This document shows, piece by piece, positions 45,904 to 55,748 of a stretch of DNA of 64,000 nucleotides. The stretch's first letter is position 1. Every line of letters begins with the position of its first letter. Source of the stretch: Clostridia bacterium (lineage in GTDB: Bacteria > Bacillota > Clostridia > Christensenellales > CAG-314); NCBI GenBank assembly GCA_028703495.1, contig JAQVMT010000002.1:85177-149176 (forward strand), written 5' to 3'. The translations under genes were made by a program, and so were the position numbers. The notes under the pieces were generated by a model. The model worked only from the letters and a program-made list of their open reading frames with translations, had not been told where the DNA came from and did not search any database.

Positions 45904-46326
45904 TCACTTGAATTCCCTGTTGCTCACGCACAACTCATTATAACCCGTTGTCGGGTCAAAGGCATCGGCAAACGATAAGTCGTTCAATGCCAAAATAACG
46001 ATTTCCGCAGTCGTATTGACGATACAACCCTCCACCAAATGACCTCCGATAACGCTTAAATCTTTCTTGGAAAGCGAAACGTGTATATGCGTACGTTTAA
46101 GCGATACCGTTCCAGTAACGGATACAATTTCCATATGCTCATCGATTCTCTGTATGTCGACGCCGGTTGCATCCCTTAAGCGGGCGGTTTTAACACAGCC
46201 AACGCCCGAAAGGATTGCTCCCGCAGTTATGCCTGCTTTGTTGGCAAAGTCGACAATGCCACCCATAAGATCATCGCCTTCTATGAGTCTAAATACATAA
46301 AACTCTCCGCTTGACTTACTTATCAC
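45904..46326 (-). CDS. PPC (DUF296) domain protein
   Basis: FRLIEGDDLMGGIVDFANKAGITAGAILSGVGCVKTARL...SLSKKDLSVIGGHLVEG matches the PPC/DUF296 pattern. The proposed GTG start at 46326 overlaps the upstream stop as GTGA, replacing the ORF-track ATG at 46377, which would overlap the upstream gene by 55 nt. Confidence 0.6.
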   Translation of the reverse strand: MISKSSGEFYVFRLIEGDDLMGGIVDFANKAGITAGAILSGVGCVKTARLRDATGVDIQRIDEHMEIVSVTGTVSLKRTHIHVSLSKKDLSVIGGHLVEGCIVNTTAEIVILALNDLSFADAFDPTTGYNELCVSNREFK

Positions 46327-46820
46327 TTGAAAATACCATCCGTGTTTGTTTCTGTTTCTAACGCAATAATGCACCAAATGGCTATTGACATAGCCAAAAC
46401 AGGCAATTCATCATTAGGTGAGGCATAATCAATCAAATAGCCGTCACCCCAACAAGTACGCTTTTTCTTGACTGCTGCAATTTCCTTACCGCCTTCCATT
46501 ATCGTAAATTCTTGCGCCCACACATCGCCTTCTACCGACCAATCGGTATGTTGTAAAGAATACTTTGGCTTGAAGATCGAAGGGTGACGCGATATCTCGC
46601 AGATCAGTTTATCCTTGACATATATAGCAAATTTGGGCTTGAAAGCAATCACACTGTATTGAATAAGCGCAACGTCTTTGCCATCTGCACCAATAATATG
46701 CATCTTTTTGCCCCAAGAAAACAACTCACCGCAAGCGTTGTATTTGCAGTTTGCCTCCTCATCGATAATGCTGAACTTTTCCGTCCAACTGAAAGTTTTT
46801 TGATTTACGAATAAACTCAT
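46323..46820 (-). CDS. LURP-one-related (LOR/DUF567, tubby C-terminal-like fold) protein
   Basis: MSLFVNQKTFSWTEKFSIIDEEAN...FSWGKKMHII...DG.DVA.I........KPKF.IY....EI......FKPKY......WSVEGDVWAQEF.I matches the bacterial LOR family pattern along its full length (165 aa). Confidence 0.75.
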   Translation of the reverse strand: MSLFVNQKTFSWTEKFSIIDEEANCKYNACGELFSWGKKMHIIGADGKDVALIQYSVIAFKPKFAIYVKDKLICEISRHPSIFKPKYSLQHTDWSVEGDVWAQEFTIMEGGKEIAAVKKKRTCWGDGYLIDYASPNDELPVLAMSIAIWCIIALETETNTDGIFK

Positions 46821-47103
46821 AGTACAATCATTTCTCCTTGGGTGCGCTAATAATTATTGTACAGGCTCTTTGTTCCTGAGTCAAAAGACATATTGCGCAT
46901 ACTTTTATAAGTGAAGCTTAGCATGAATTGTGTTACCATCTTCCACTACATATAACTATTATATTTTATCATATTAAGCGATCTTTTACAAGCAATTTTA
47001 CTGTTTTACGATTTTTTGCATACGTAAACAAAGCTATATATGTAATAGTAAATTGTCATACTAAGCACACCTGACTCTAAAAGAGTTTCAGCTTGGAATA
47101 TGC

Positions 47104-47132
47104 TTGACAATATGCCGAAGTTTATTTATAAT
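47104..47132 (+). promoter_or_regulatory. Consensus sigma-A promoter (TTGACA-N17-TATAAT)
   Basis: TTGACA at 47104-47109, a 17-nt spacer, and TATAAT at 47127-47132. It gives a structured leader of about 120 nt before the HAD gene. Confidence 0.6.
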
Positions 47133-47258
47133 ATATAAGTGCAAATGTAGCTTAATTGGTACTGTTAGATTATTGAATATTATAGACAATAAGCAAGATA
47201 CATTTGCATTGCATACACGGAAGATAAAAGTGAACGTCGTTCACTTGACGGAGGGAAT

Positions 47259-48038
47259 ATGTACGATAATTACGTTTTTGATTTATATGGAACGCTAATC
47301 GATGTATCGACTAACGAGCATAAGGAAGAGCTTTGGACAAAGATGGCAGAACTTATTAATTTTCATAAAGGAGAATGCAATCCTCTGTCTTTGAAAAAGC
47401 AGTATTTCGATACTTGTGAAGCTTTGTTGAAAAGATCATCAAATACTGGAAAGGTCCTCTATCCCGAGATTAAAATGGAGAAGGTTTTTACCAAACTCGT
47501 CGAATTTAACTGCGGGACCAAGCTTACTCCTTCGCAATCCATACTTATCTTGCAATTCTTCCGAATTCTTGCTACCGACTATATAAAGCTATATAACGGA
47601 GCCGATCGTTTACTTACTATGTTGAAGAACTTCGGTAAGAAAATCTATTTGCTTAGTAATGCTCAAAGAGGATTCACAATCGGAGAAATGGATATGTTGG
47701 GTATTACAAAATACTTCGACGGGATTATTTTATCATCCGACGTGGGTTGCATAAAGCCGGATAAGAGAATATATGAAGCTTTGATTTCGACCTATAATAT
47801 CGACGGAAAAAAGACGCTGTTTATTGGTAACGACTGGTTTTCTGATATTTACGGAGCAGGTCAATACGGATTCGATACAGTATACTTTCATTCCAATATT
47901 TCGCCCGAGGTCAAAGGCGAACTGAATACAACCTATAAAATCGCGGACGGCGACTATAATAAATTGATCGACGTGATTGCAGGTACAATCAAATCCAAGG
48001 ATAACAATCCCGATTTTGAAGGAAATATCTACTTTTAG
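47259..48038 (+). CDS. HAD-superfamily hydrolase (subfamily IA-like)
   Basis: Motif I FDLYGTLID, motif II LLSNA, and motifs III/IV K...GNDWFSDIYGA. RBS GGAGGG. Confidence 0.75.
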   Translation: MYDNYVFDLYGTLIDVSTNEHKEELWTKMAELINFHKGECNPLSLKKQYFDTCEALLKRSSNTGKVLYPEIKMEKVFTKLVEFNCGTKLTPSQSILILQFFRILATDYIKLYNGADRLLTMLKNFGKKIYLLSNAQRGFTIGEMDMLGITKYFDGIILSSDVGCIKPDKRIYEALISTYNIDGKKTLFIGNDWFSDIYGAGQYGFDTVYFHSNISPEVKGELNTTYKIADGDYNKLIDVIAGTIKSKDNNPDFEGNIYF

Positions 48039-48063
48039 TGCATCGCGTGTCAAGTTTTGTGAG

Positions 48064-48110
48064 GGCTTACATATATAATTTATGTGCGTAGTGATTCTTA
48101 TATGTAAGCC
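48064..48110. repeat. 12-bp perfect inverted repeat (GGCTTACATATA ... TATATGTAAGCC) with a 23-nt spacer between convergent genes
   Basis: Arms 48064-48075 and 48099-48110, read directly. There is no adjacent U-run on either strand, so a terminator role is uncertain. Confidence 0.7.
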
Positions 48111-48313
48111 ATCAAAGTATATTCGTATAATTAATGTATTATTTCAATCCGACAAAAGAAAACGCACATTTTTATTGCTTATATAAAGTTCTGTTTTGTG
48201 CTTGTGAACAAGCGGCTTAATTCGCATCCAAGCAAGGTGCGCTTATTGCTCTTATTAATAAGCAATGTCTTACGATCGATTGCTGCACAATATCAAATTA
48301 ACATTTAGCAACA

Positions 48314-48943
48314 TCAACCGACAGTTTCATCCAAGTATGTTGCCTTTATATCGGCAATATGGAGTAGCACCGCCAAAGGATATGTATAAAATGCGGTTGA
48401 TAAGGAATAACTGCCACCCTTGACTCTTGCGTCAAACCCTCCCATATGCCAATTAATAGCCAACGCTTCTGCTCCGTCTAACCGCATAAAATTATTGATC
48501 ATATACACCGACTTTTCGGAGTGCCCGAATGGAAACTTCTCATCGACGGTATAATACGGGACCTGTTTCCATTCTCCGTTTACTTTTATATTTCTTAATT
48601 CCTGCTTATAGTAATTAACCTTGCAAATATCGTGAAGCAAGCTAACAATGGCAACCGACTCCATTGTACAGTATCTGTTACGCAATGCATTGTCGGCTTT
48701 GGGCATAACATCTACAATCTCGATACCTTCATCGGCGAGTTCTCTTATAAGTCTGTCGTACACGTTGAGCGAATGGCGAACCAGTCCCCCTTCGCAATTA
48801 CTATGAAAGCGCATACTCGCAGGTGCAACGAAAAAATCTGACTTTTTCTCATCGCAAAGCCAATCCAAAAGCCCCTTGGCTCCCTCTCTAACTATATTTT
48901 CGGTGTAAATTTCTATAAATTCGTCTTTATCACTTATACTCAT
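48314..48943 (-). CDS. HD-domain metal-dependent phosphohydrolase
   Basis: RFHSNCEGGLVRHSLNV (His...His), SLLHDICK (HD) and LLHIADIKA. The ATG lies 1 nt after the stop of the upstream methyltransferase gene. Confidence 0.7.
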   Translation of the reverse strand: MSISDKDEFIEIYTENIVREGAKGLLDWLCDEKKSDFFVAPASMRFHSNCEGGLVRHSLNVYDRLIRELADEGIEIVDVMPKADNALRNRYCTMESVAIVSLLHDICKVNYYKQELRNIKVNGEWKQVPYYTVDEKFPFGHSEKSVYMINNFMRLDGAEALAINWHMGGFDARVKGGSYSLSTAFYTYPLAVLLHIADIKATYLDETVG

Positions 48944-48944
48944 A

Positions 48945-50063
48945 TTATCTCTTTCCTTGATAGTTTTTCAATTGCGTAAAGCTGTATAAACAACATTCAA
49001 TATTAGCGTTGAATAACTTGCGCTTTTTAACTGCTTTACGATTAAACAGCTTTTCAAACACCATACAAGGTGTCAAAAAAACGGCGTTGTAGTTATTTAA
49101 ACGCGCATACATTCTTCCGAGATCGGTATATAACGCATTCATATCGCCCGAAAGCCTTTCTCCGTAAGGTAGGTTCGACACCAAATAGCCACCGTCCACA
49201 GACTTATAATCCCGCATATCGGCGCGGGAAAATTGAATAGCGTTTTCCACACCTGCACGTTTCGCGTGCCTTAAACTCATCTTAACGCAATCGGCATCTA
49301 TGTCTCTACCTATTATCTCGGTTTTAGTCATCTTTATATTGCTTTTGGCTTGCTCGATGGCCCTAGCATAGTCCCGATCGGGAAAATTTTTCCACTTGTT
49401 AAATGCAAACCATCTATTAATATTCGGAGCAATATTATTGGCAATCATTGCAGCTTCGATAGGTATAGTTCCACTTCCACAAAAGCAATCGGCGAAAACG
49501 CCCTCCCCCTTGTATCCGCTAAGCAATACCAGAGCCGCTCCTAATGTTTCCTTCAACGGCGCAACTGCCGACAAATCTCGGTAGCCTCTCTTGTGAAGTC
49601 CTTCACCCGAGCTGTCTATGCTTATCGTTGCTACATTCTCATAAAGCGAACACTCAATCTTGTACTCTTCACCCGTCTCCGTAGGCTCAGTTGAATAAAT
49701 CTGTCTATGTTTTTCAACTATGGCTTTCTTGGTTATGCTTTGACAACTTCGAGCGGACATAAGCACACTCTTTACGCATTTGGATGTGACGGTAACCTTA
49801 GCGTTTTCATTAAGAAAATACTGCCATTCGATAGCTTTGACTCCTTCAAATAACTCATCGAAAGACATCGCAGTAAAGGAGCCCGCAACGATCATTACCC
49901 TCTCGGCAGTTCTCAAATTTACGTTGAGTCGTGCAAGATCAAAGTTGCCACCTTTAATCAAAAGGCGTCCGTTCTTTGCTTTTAAATCAACGTATCCTAG
50001 CTTTTCACACTCTCTTTTTGCTAAGCTTTCCAATCCGAAGGCAGTATTTACGGATATATCCAT
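48945..50063 (-). CDS. THUMP-domain class I SAM-dependent RNA methyltransferase (RlmL N-terminal / YpsC-like, COG0116)
   Basis: FGLESLAKRECEKLGY N-terminus, a THUMP region, DCFCGSGTIPIEAA (SAM motif I) and NLPYGERL (motif IV). Start taken at MDISVN (50063); the alternative upstream ATG at 50102 adds 13 aa. Confidence 0.8.
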   Translation of the reverse strand: MDISVNTAFGLESLAKRECEKLGYVDLKAKNGRLLIKGGNFDLARLNVNLRTAERVMIVAGSFTAMSFDELFEGVKAIEWQYFLNENAKVTVTSKCVKSVLMSARSCQSITKKAIVEKHRQIYSTEPTETGEEYKIECSLYENVATISIDSSGEGLHKRGYRDLSAVAPLKETLGAALVLLSGYKGEGVFADCFCGSGTIPIEAAMIANNIAPNINRWFAFNKWKNFPDRDYARAIEQAKSNIKMTKTEIIGRDIDADCVKMSLRHAKRAGVENAIQFSRADMRDYKSVDGGYLVSNLPYGERLSGDMNALYTDLGRMYARLNNYNAVFLTPCMVFEKLFNRKAVKKRKLFNANIECCLYSFTQLKNYQGKR

Positions 50064-50332
50064 CTTTTCTGTAACGCCCCAATGTTTTTTTGAGCGCGAC
50101 ACCTGCGCTCGTTAAGTACTATGACAGACATAAATCTGATAATTATGCGCTTTCAAGTGACTCACTCAAATCAATGCGTATGCAAGCAAGCAACATAAAA
50201 GTCGCTTATTTACACAAGCTGTTGGAATATCGGTCAACCGATTTATGCGATAAATAATACATCGCGCAGTTACGCTTGTTAATATGTTTTTCGACTTGCG
50301 CTTAAGGGTTATAATTATGCTTGTGTCGGTAG

Positions 50333-51007
50333 TTATTTTTTGGTGCAAACAAAAAGTCTGCGCATTAAGCCTTCCGGTTCGAAGTCGAACTTATACCTTA
50401 TTACTTTCTGCACATTGAAGTACTCGCCGAAAAGCCGTAACCACTCTTCCTCACTTTTTAATACGATACGTAAAATGCCGTTTATTGCATAGTGCTTGGG
50501 AGTTATTTCGACTGCGTTACGTTTCAATATCCACTCTATATCCACATCGGGATTAAGAGAAATCAGCACGCTTGCACCATCCGCCAAGACGCGATCTATT
50601 CTTTGCAGAGCGCGTTCGGTAACCTCCTCGGGTATTACGTCAAAAGTATTGCAGGAGAAAAATCCATCGAAGCTTCCCTCTGTTAAGCAATCAAGATAGG
50701 AATCGTCACCGTTAACTGCATTTATGTTATCGGCTACCCTCGCATCTGCGGCACAAAGGCGGGTACACTCTGTTCCGTTTGCGGCGGGTTCAAGAGCGGT
50801 TACTTTTGCGCCGAAGGACGCTAAGAATATAGAAGCCCAACCACTTCCGCTACCGAAATCAAGCACGTTTTCTCGTTTACTTAAGAGCTTAAGTTGCTCT
50901 TCAAGGGCTGCCGCACCCAAAGAAATCGAATCGTCGCTTTCATCAGAATTTTTTGTGTATGTATAGTATTTATTCCAAAAATCAAATGAGTCGTTATATT
51001 CCTTCAT
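50333..51007 (-). CDS. Class I SAM-dependent methyltransferase, substrate unknown
   Basis: VLDFGSGSGWASIFLASFGAKVTALE is SAM-binding motif I, and DGFFSCNTFD is the motif II/III region. Confidence 0.75.
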   Translation of the reverse strand: MKEYNDSFDFWNKYYTYTKNSDESDDSISLGAAALEEQLKLLSKRENVLDFGSGSGWASIFLASFGAKVTALEPAANGTECTRLCAADARVADNINAVNGDDSYLDCLTEGSFDGFFSCNTFDVIPEEVTERALQRIDRVLADGASVLISLNPDVDIEWILKRNAVEITPKHYAINGILRIVLKSEEEWLRLFGEYFNVQKVIRYKFDFEPEGLMRRLFVCTKK

Positions 51008-51207
51008 TGATTCACACCTCGTTAATTATTGTGTTATACGCGTATATTAACAACTGGTTACTTCATTTGCAACTTAGGGTTTGCAACAAATGATGTTTGT
51101 CTTGTTATGCTTCTGTTTGCTTGTTCGATTCTTTATCTGTTATACAATCGCAACGCAATGCCCGAGTTGTAATGGATTGTTCTCGAGCATTACAATCGGA
51201 TTTAATT

Positions 51208-51236
51208 AAACCGCAATAGAACGACTATTGCGGTTT
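51208..51236 (-). terminator. Hairpin terminator immediately downstream of ppdK
   Basis: 11-bp arms AAACCGCAATA (51208-51218) and TATTGCGGTTT (51226-51236). On the minus strand the stem ends in UUU followed by AAUUAAAU, a weak U-tract. Confidence 0.55.
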
Positions 51237-51245
51237 ATTGATCAA

Positions 51246-53876
51246 TTATCTAGGATTTTTTAAGTTAGCTTGCGCCGCCGCAAGTCTTGCGATAGGAACC
51301 CTGTATGGGGAACAACTGACATAATCTAGTCCCGTTCTATGACAGAAATCCACACTGCTCGGGTCGCCTCCGTGTTCTCCGCAGATACCAAGCTTCAACT
51401 TCGGTCTGGTTTGTCTGCCTAATTTACAAGCCAACGCAACTAATTTTCCTACGCCGTGTTGGTCGAGTCTTTGGAAAGGATCACTCTCGAAGATTTTCTT
51501 TGCATAGTATTCGCCGAGGAACTTGCCTGCATCATCTCTGCTGAAGCCGAAGGTCATTTGAGTTAAGTCATTTGTTCCGAAGCTAAAGAACTCTGCTACT
51601 TCAGCTATATCGTCGGCAGTCAACGCAGCCCTAGGTATTTCAATCATTGTGCCGATTAAAAAGTCGAACTTGAAATTCCTTTCCTGCATAACCTGACTTG
51701 CGGTCTTTTCAACTATCTCTCTAATAAACTTCAACTCTTTTACTTCGCCTACAAGAGGTATCATAATCTCGGGCGATACCTTTTGTCCTCTCTCCATGAC
51801 GTTTATTGCAGCTTCAATAACCGCTCTCGTCTGCATTTCTGCGATTTCGGGGAAGGTAATGGTAAGTCTGCATCCGCGGTGTCCCATCATAGGATTAAAT
51901 TCATGCAATGATTTAACAGTCTTGTCTAATTCGTCCTTGGTTATTCCCAAATCCTTGGCAAGCTCTGCAATTTCCTCATCGGTATGCGGTAAAAATTCGT
52001 GCAGAGGCGGATCCAAGAATCTGATTGTAACAGGTCTGCCCTCCATAGCCTCGAATATTCCTTCAAAATCGCTTCTTTGCATAGGCAATATTTTGTTCAA
52101 AGCAACCTTTCTTGCATCAACGTCTTTTGCTACGATCATTTCACGCACTGCCATGATTCTGTCTTTTTCAAAGAACATATGCTCGGTACGGCAAAGTCCG
52201 ATTCCCTCGGCTCCGAACCTAACAGCATTGGCGGCATCTTTAGGAGTATCGGCGTTGGTTCTTACCTTCAATGCCCTATACTTGTCCGCCCACTCCATAA
52301 TTTTTCCAAAATCGCCCGTTAAGGACGCTTCCACCGTCTTGATAGCCTCTCCGAATACGTTACCCGTGCTTCCGTCAAGGCTTATAATATCACCCTCGTG
52401 ATATTTGATGCCCTTAATCTCGAAATAGCCTTCATCCTCGAAGACTCTTAAATCCGAGCATCCGGCTACACAACAGGTTCCCATTCCTCTGGCAACTACT
52501 GCGGCATGAGAGGTCATTCCGCCTCTTGCGGTCAAAACACCTTGGCTTACGTTCATTCCCTCGATATCCTCGGGACTGGTTTCCAATCTGACAATAATTA
52601 CCTTTTCGCCCCTAGCGGCTGCTTCGACTGCCCTTTCGGCACTTAAATAAGCGCGACCTTGAGCTGCTCCCGGACTTGCAGGCAATCCCGTAGCAATAAC
52701 TTTACCGTCTTTCACCGCTTGTTTCAATACTTCGGAATCGAATTGCGGATGTAGCAAAGCATCCAACTGTTTGGGATCGATTCTCATAACGGCTTCCTTC
52801 TCTGTAATCATACCCTCGTCTACAAGGTCGATTGCAATTTTCAAAGCGGCAACAGCCGTGCGTTTTCCGTTTCTTGTCTGCAACATATAGAGCTTTCCGC
52901 GCTCGATAGTGAACTCCATATCCTGCATATCTTTGTAGTGATTTTCCAATATGGAGCAAATCCTTGTGAATTGCTCAAATACTTCGGGATTCTGTTCCTG
53001 TAAGTGAGAAATAGGGAAAGGAGTGCGGATACCTGCAACAACGTCCTCGCCTTGAGCATTCATCAAATACTCTCCGTATACGCCCTTATCGCCCGTGCTT
53101 GGATTTCTCGTGAAGGCAACACCCGTTCCGCTGGTTTCTCCCATGTTACCGAAAACCATAGACTGAACATTGACAGCCGTTCCCCAATCTCCGGGTATAT
53201 CGTTCATTCTTCTGTAATATATAGCTCTGGGATTATCCCAGCTTCTGAATACGGCGAGCACTGCAGCCATCAGCTGCTCCTTAGGCTCCTGCGGGAATTC
53301 TTCGCCTTTAACCTCAAGGTACAGTTTTTTAAATCTTTCGACAACATTTTTCAAATCCTCGGCATCTAACTCTGTGTCGAGTTTTACGCCCTTCTTTGCC
53401 TTAACATCGTCCAATATAGCTTCGAAATTTTTCTTTTCGACTTCCATAACGACATCGGAGAACATCTGAATAAAACGGCGATAACTGTCATATGCAAAAC
53501 GCTCGTTGCCCGTCAGCTTAGCAATACCTTTAACGGTTTGGTCATTCAAGCCTAAATTCAGTATAGTATCCATCATTCCCGGCATCGACGCCCTAGCACC
53601 CGATCTAACCGAAACCAAAAGAGGATTAGCTACGTCGCCGAGTTTCTTTCCTAATTTCTTTTCCGTCTTATCCAATGCTTCGAATATTTGAGCGGTAATT
53701 TCTTCACTCAACATCTTCTTATTATTATAGTAACTGTTGCAAGCCTCGGTCGTTACCGTAAATCCATCGGGAACAGGCAAACCCAAGTTCTTCATCTCCG
53801 CCAAATTGGCACCCTTGCCGCCCAGCAGCTCTCTCATAGAGCCGTTTCCTTCACTAAACAAATATACAAATTTCAC
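51246..53876 (-). CDS. ppdK: Pyruvate, phosphate dikinase
   Basis: 876 aa. GGKGANLAEM, the phosphohistidine region GGMTSHAAVVARG, and the PEP-utilising C-terminal domain (GLCRTEHMF, FSFGTNDLTQ, GICGEHGGDP). GTG start 7 nt after GGAGGA. Confidence 0.95.
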   Translation of the reverse strand: MKFVYLFSEGNGSMRELLGGKGANLAEMKNLGLPVPDGFTVTTEACNSYYNNKKMLSEEITAQIFEALDKTEKKLGKKLGDVANPLLVSVRSGARASMPGMMDTILNLGLNDQTVKGIAKLTGNERFAYDSYRRFIQMFSDVVMEVEKKNFEAILDDVKAKKGVKLDTELDAEDLKNVVERFKKLYLEVKGEEFPQEPKEQLMAAVLAVFRSWDNPRAIYYRRMNDIPGDWGTAVNVQSMVFGNMGETSGTGVAFTRNPSTGDKGVYGEYLMNAQGEDVVAGIRTPFPISHLQEQNPEVFEQFTRICSILENHYKDMQDMEFTIERGKLYMLQTRNGKRTAVAALKIAIDLVDEGMITEKEAVMRIDPKQLDALLHPQFDSEVLKQAVKDGKVIATGLPASPGAAQGRAYLSAERAVEAAARGEKVIIVRLETSPEDIEGMNVSQGVLTARGGMTSHAAVVARGMGTCCVAGCSDLRVFEDEGYFEIKGIKYHEGDIISLDGSTGNVFGEAIKTVEASLTGDFGKIMEWADKYRALKVRTNADTPKDAANAVRFGAEGIGLCRTEHMFFEKDRIMAVREMIVAKDVDARKVALNKILPMQRSDFEGIFEAMEGRPVTIRFLDPPLHEFLPHTDEEIAELAKDLGITKDELDKTVKSLHEFNPMMGHRGCRLTITFPEIAEMQTRAVIEAAINVMERGQKVSPEIMIPLVGEVKELKFIREIVEKTASQVMQERNFKFDFLIGTMIEIPRAALTADDIAEVAEFFSFGTNDLTQMTFGFSRDDAGKFLGEYYAKKIFESDPFQRLDQHGVGKLVALACKLGRQTRPKLKLGICGEHGGDPSSVDFCHRTGLDYVSCSPYRVPIARLAAAQANLKNPR

Positions 53877-54315
53877 AAACTTTTCCTCCTGTCTGTATGA
53901 AAACTTTATAGCAAATAATGTGAGTTAAACGTTAAACTTGCATCTAAAAAGCAATGCGCGCCTTTCAATCCGACCTGCATCGTCACCTAGACACTACCGA
54001 GACAAAACCATACTAATACTACTTGGCAAAGTCCCACGTCAACTTTAGTATTTTACACGAATTGACGTATTTTTGCAAATGTTTTTAATGGCAATATTGA
54101 CAATTTTATTACATTCTATTCATTTTGCATAATAATGCAGTATATATGTGCAAAAAAGCCGACAATTAAATGTGTCGTGTCAACGTCGTTTAATAACAAA
54201 ATAAGATAACGCACTTTCCGAAATCGTCGCAGATTTACCCTTTGAGTAAATATAATTCAGATACGCATTCGCATAAATCAGTAGCAAATGATCGTTTGCT
54301 GAACGAAAGTTAGAA

Positions 54316-55119
54316 CTATTGTCTGAAGCTTCTGACAGATACATCTCCGTACTGAATAACCTCTTCTTCTCCGTCCTCTCTTTTAATAATTAAAAAACCC
54401 TCGTCCGTAAGCCTGATCGCTTCTCCGTTCACGGTGTTGTTAGAACTCTTTACAACCCTTACTTTGTTGTAGAGTGTTTCGCAATAAAGCTTATACTCCT
54501 CTATCAAGTTGTAGTCGGGGTTAAACAGCCGCTTGAAAAACTCCGCAATCGTTTTGGCTGTAATGTCGGCAATATCGGCTTTCTCACCTTTTTCAATAAA
54601 TACGCTTGTCGCGATGTCGGAAATACTTTCTCCGTTGTCACCCGTGCCGAAATCGGCAGTATTAACGTTGATTCCAACGCCTATAATCAAACACTTAGGA
54701 ATTGTACCGCAATACACCATCTCGCTCATAATTCCGCAAATCTTCTTACCGTTGACCATCACGTCATTAGGCCATTTAACAACCGCGCCCACTCCATGCG
54801 CTTCCAACGCACTCCTCACGGCAAGCGACATAGTCAAAACACTCCCGAAAATCTGTTTAAAGTCGCTTTCGTCGTTCACTCCCATTGCCAAGGAGAAATA
54901 CGCACCGCCCTTGTTGCTGACAAATCCGCGGTTCTGCCTGCCCCTGCCGTACGACTGCTCTGCTGCGAAACAAAGTCCTGTCTTTCCCTTCTCCAAAAAT
55001 AACTGCTTTGCACGCGTGTTCGTAGAATCGGTAGTATTGTAAAATGTCAATGAAATTTTGACTTTGTTTTCTTCTAAACTTTTTTCTAACGTTTGTTTTG
55101 ATAATATATAGCCTTTCAT
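54316..55119 (-). CDS. birA: Biotin--[acetyl-CoA-carboxylase] ligase (group I, no N-terminal HTH evident)
   Basis: TDSTN, GRGRQNR..., KWPNDV..NGKKICGI and GVGINV motifs. The ATG at 55119 overlaps the recX stop as TAATG. Confidence 0.8.
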   Translation of the reverse strand: MKGYILSKQTLEKSLEENKVKISLTFYNTTDSTNTRAKQLFLEKGKTGLCFAAEQSYGRGRQNRGFVSNKGGAYFSLAMGVNDESDFKQIFGSVLTMSLAVRSALEAHGVGAVVKWPNDVMVNGKKICGIMSEMVYCGTIPKCLIIGVGINVNTADFGTGDNGESISDIATSVFIEKGEKADIADITAKTIAEFFKRLFNPDYNLIEEYKLYCETLYNKVRVVKSSNNTVNGEAIRLTDEGFLIIKREDGEEEVIQYGDVSVRSFRQ

Positions 55120-55748
55120 TAACAATCAAAATCCTCCGAATCATTATTTTTGTAATAATCCAAAACCTTTTTCACCAAATCGTAGCCGTAGCCCTTATAC
55201 AACAGCCGTCTGTTTAGTTTAAGCAGATTTTCGCGCGATACCTCCTTGTCCCTCAAAAACTTTTCCGCAATCGCCTTAGCCCCGCTTATCTGTTCGTCCT
55301 CGCTTATATCCGCCATCCCCTCACTTGCCACATCGTCGGCAATTCCTTTTTTGTTTAGCTCGGCAGATATCCTTCGCGTGCCGCATCTATTTTTATTTAG
55401 AGAAATGTATAACGATACATATTGACGGTCATCAATATAACCGCACTTCTCCAACTTCTCCACGGCATAGCTCACAGCTTGCTCTCCAAAGCCCTTTTCC
55501 GACAAATAGCTTTCAATTTGGGAACGAGTTTTCATCGTCTTCGAAAGAGGTAATAGTGCTTGGTTAAAAGCTAAATTCCTCTCATTTTCTCCGATAATGT
55601 AGTCCAGTTCTTCACGCGAAAGCTCGGCTCCTTTTTTAAGTCGGCAGGTATAGACGGTTTCCACAGAAATACTTGCGTAGAATTCGTCGTCCACAAATAG
55701 ATTGACTCTATCCTTTTTCTTAGCTTTTTCTATCTTTGTTATTATCAT
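55119..55748 (-). CDS. recX: Recombination regulator RecX
   Basis: 209 aa of three-helix repeats (RSQIESYLSEKGFGEQAVSYAVEKLEKCGYIDDRQY...). Its start overlaps the yigZ stop as ATGA. Confidence 0.8.
   Translation of the reverse strand: MIITKIEKAKKKDRVNLFVDDEFYASISVETVYTCRLKKGAELSREELDYIIGENERNLAFNQALLPLSKTMKTRSQIESYLSEKGFGEQAVSYAVEKLEKCGYIDDRQYVSLYISLNKNRCGTRRISAELNKKGIADDVASEGMADISEDEQISGAKAIAEKFLRDKEVSRENLLKLNRRLLYKGYGYDLVKKVLDYYKNNDSEDFDC

Noticed and set aside
47230-47244. GTGAACGTCGTTCAC as a LexA (Cheo) box
   Set aside because: The half-sites are GAAC/GTTC, but the spacer is 3 nt rather than 4. It is kept only as an unexplained palindrome.
50085-50125. Hairpin GAGCGC-N7-GCGCTC near the THUMP methyltransferase start as a terminator
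   Set aside because: The T-run precedes the hairpin on the plus strand and an A-run follows it on the minus strand, so it has terminator geometry on neither strand. It is probably a 5'-UTR structure or coincidental.
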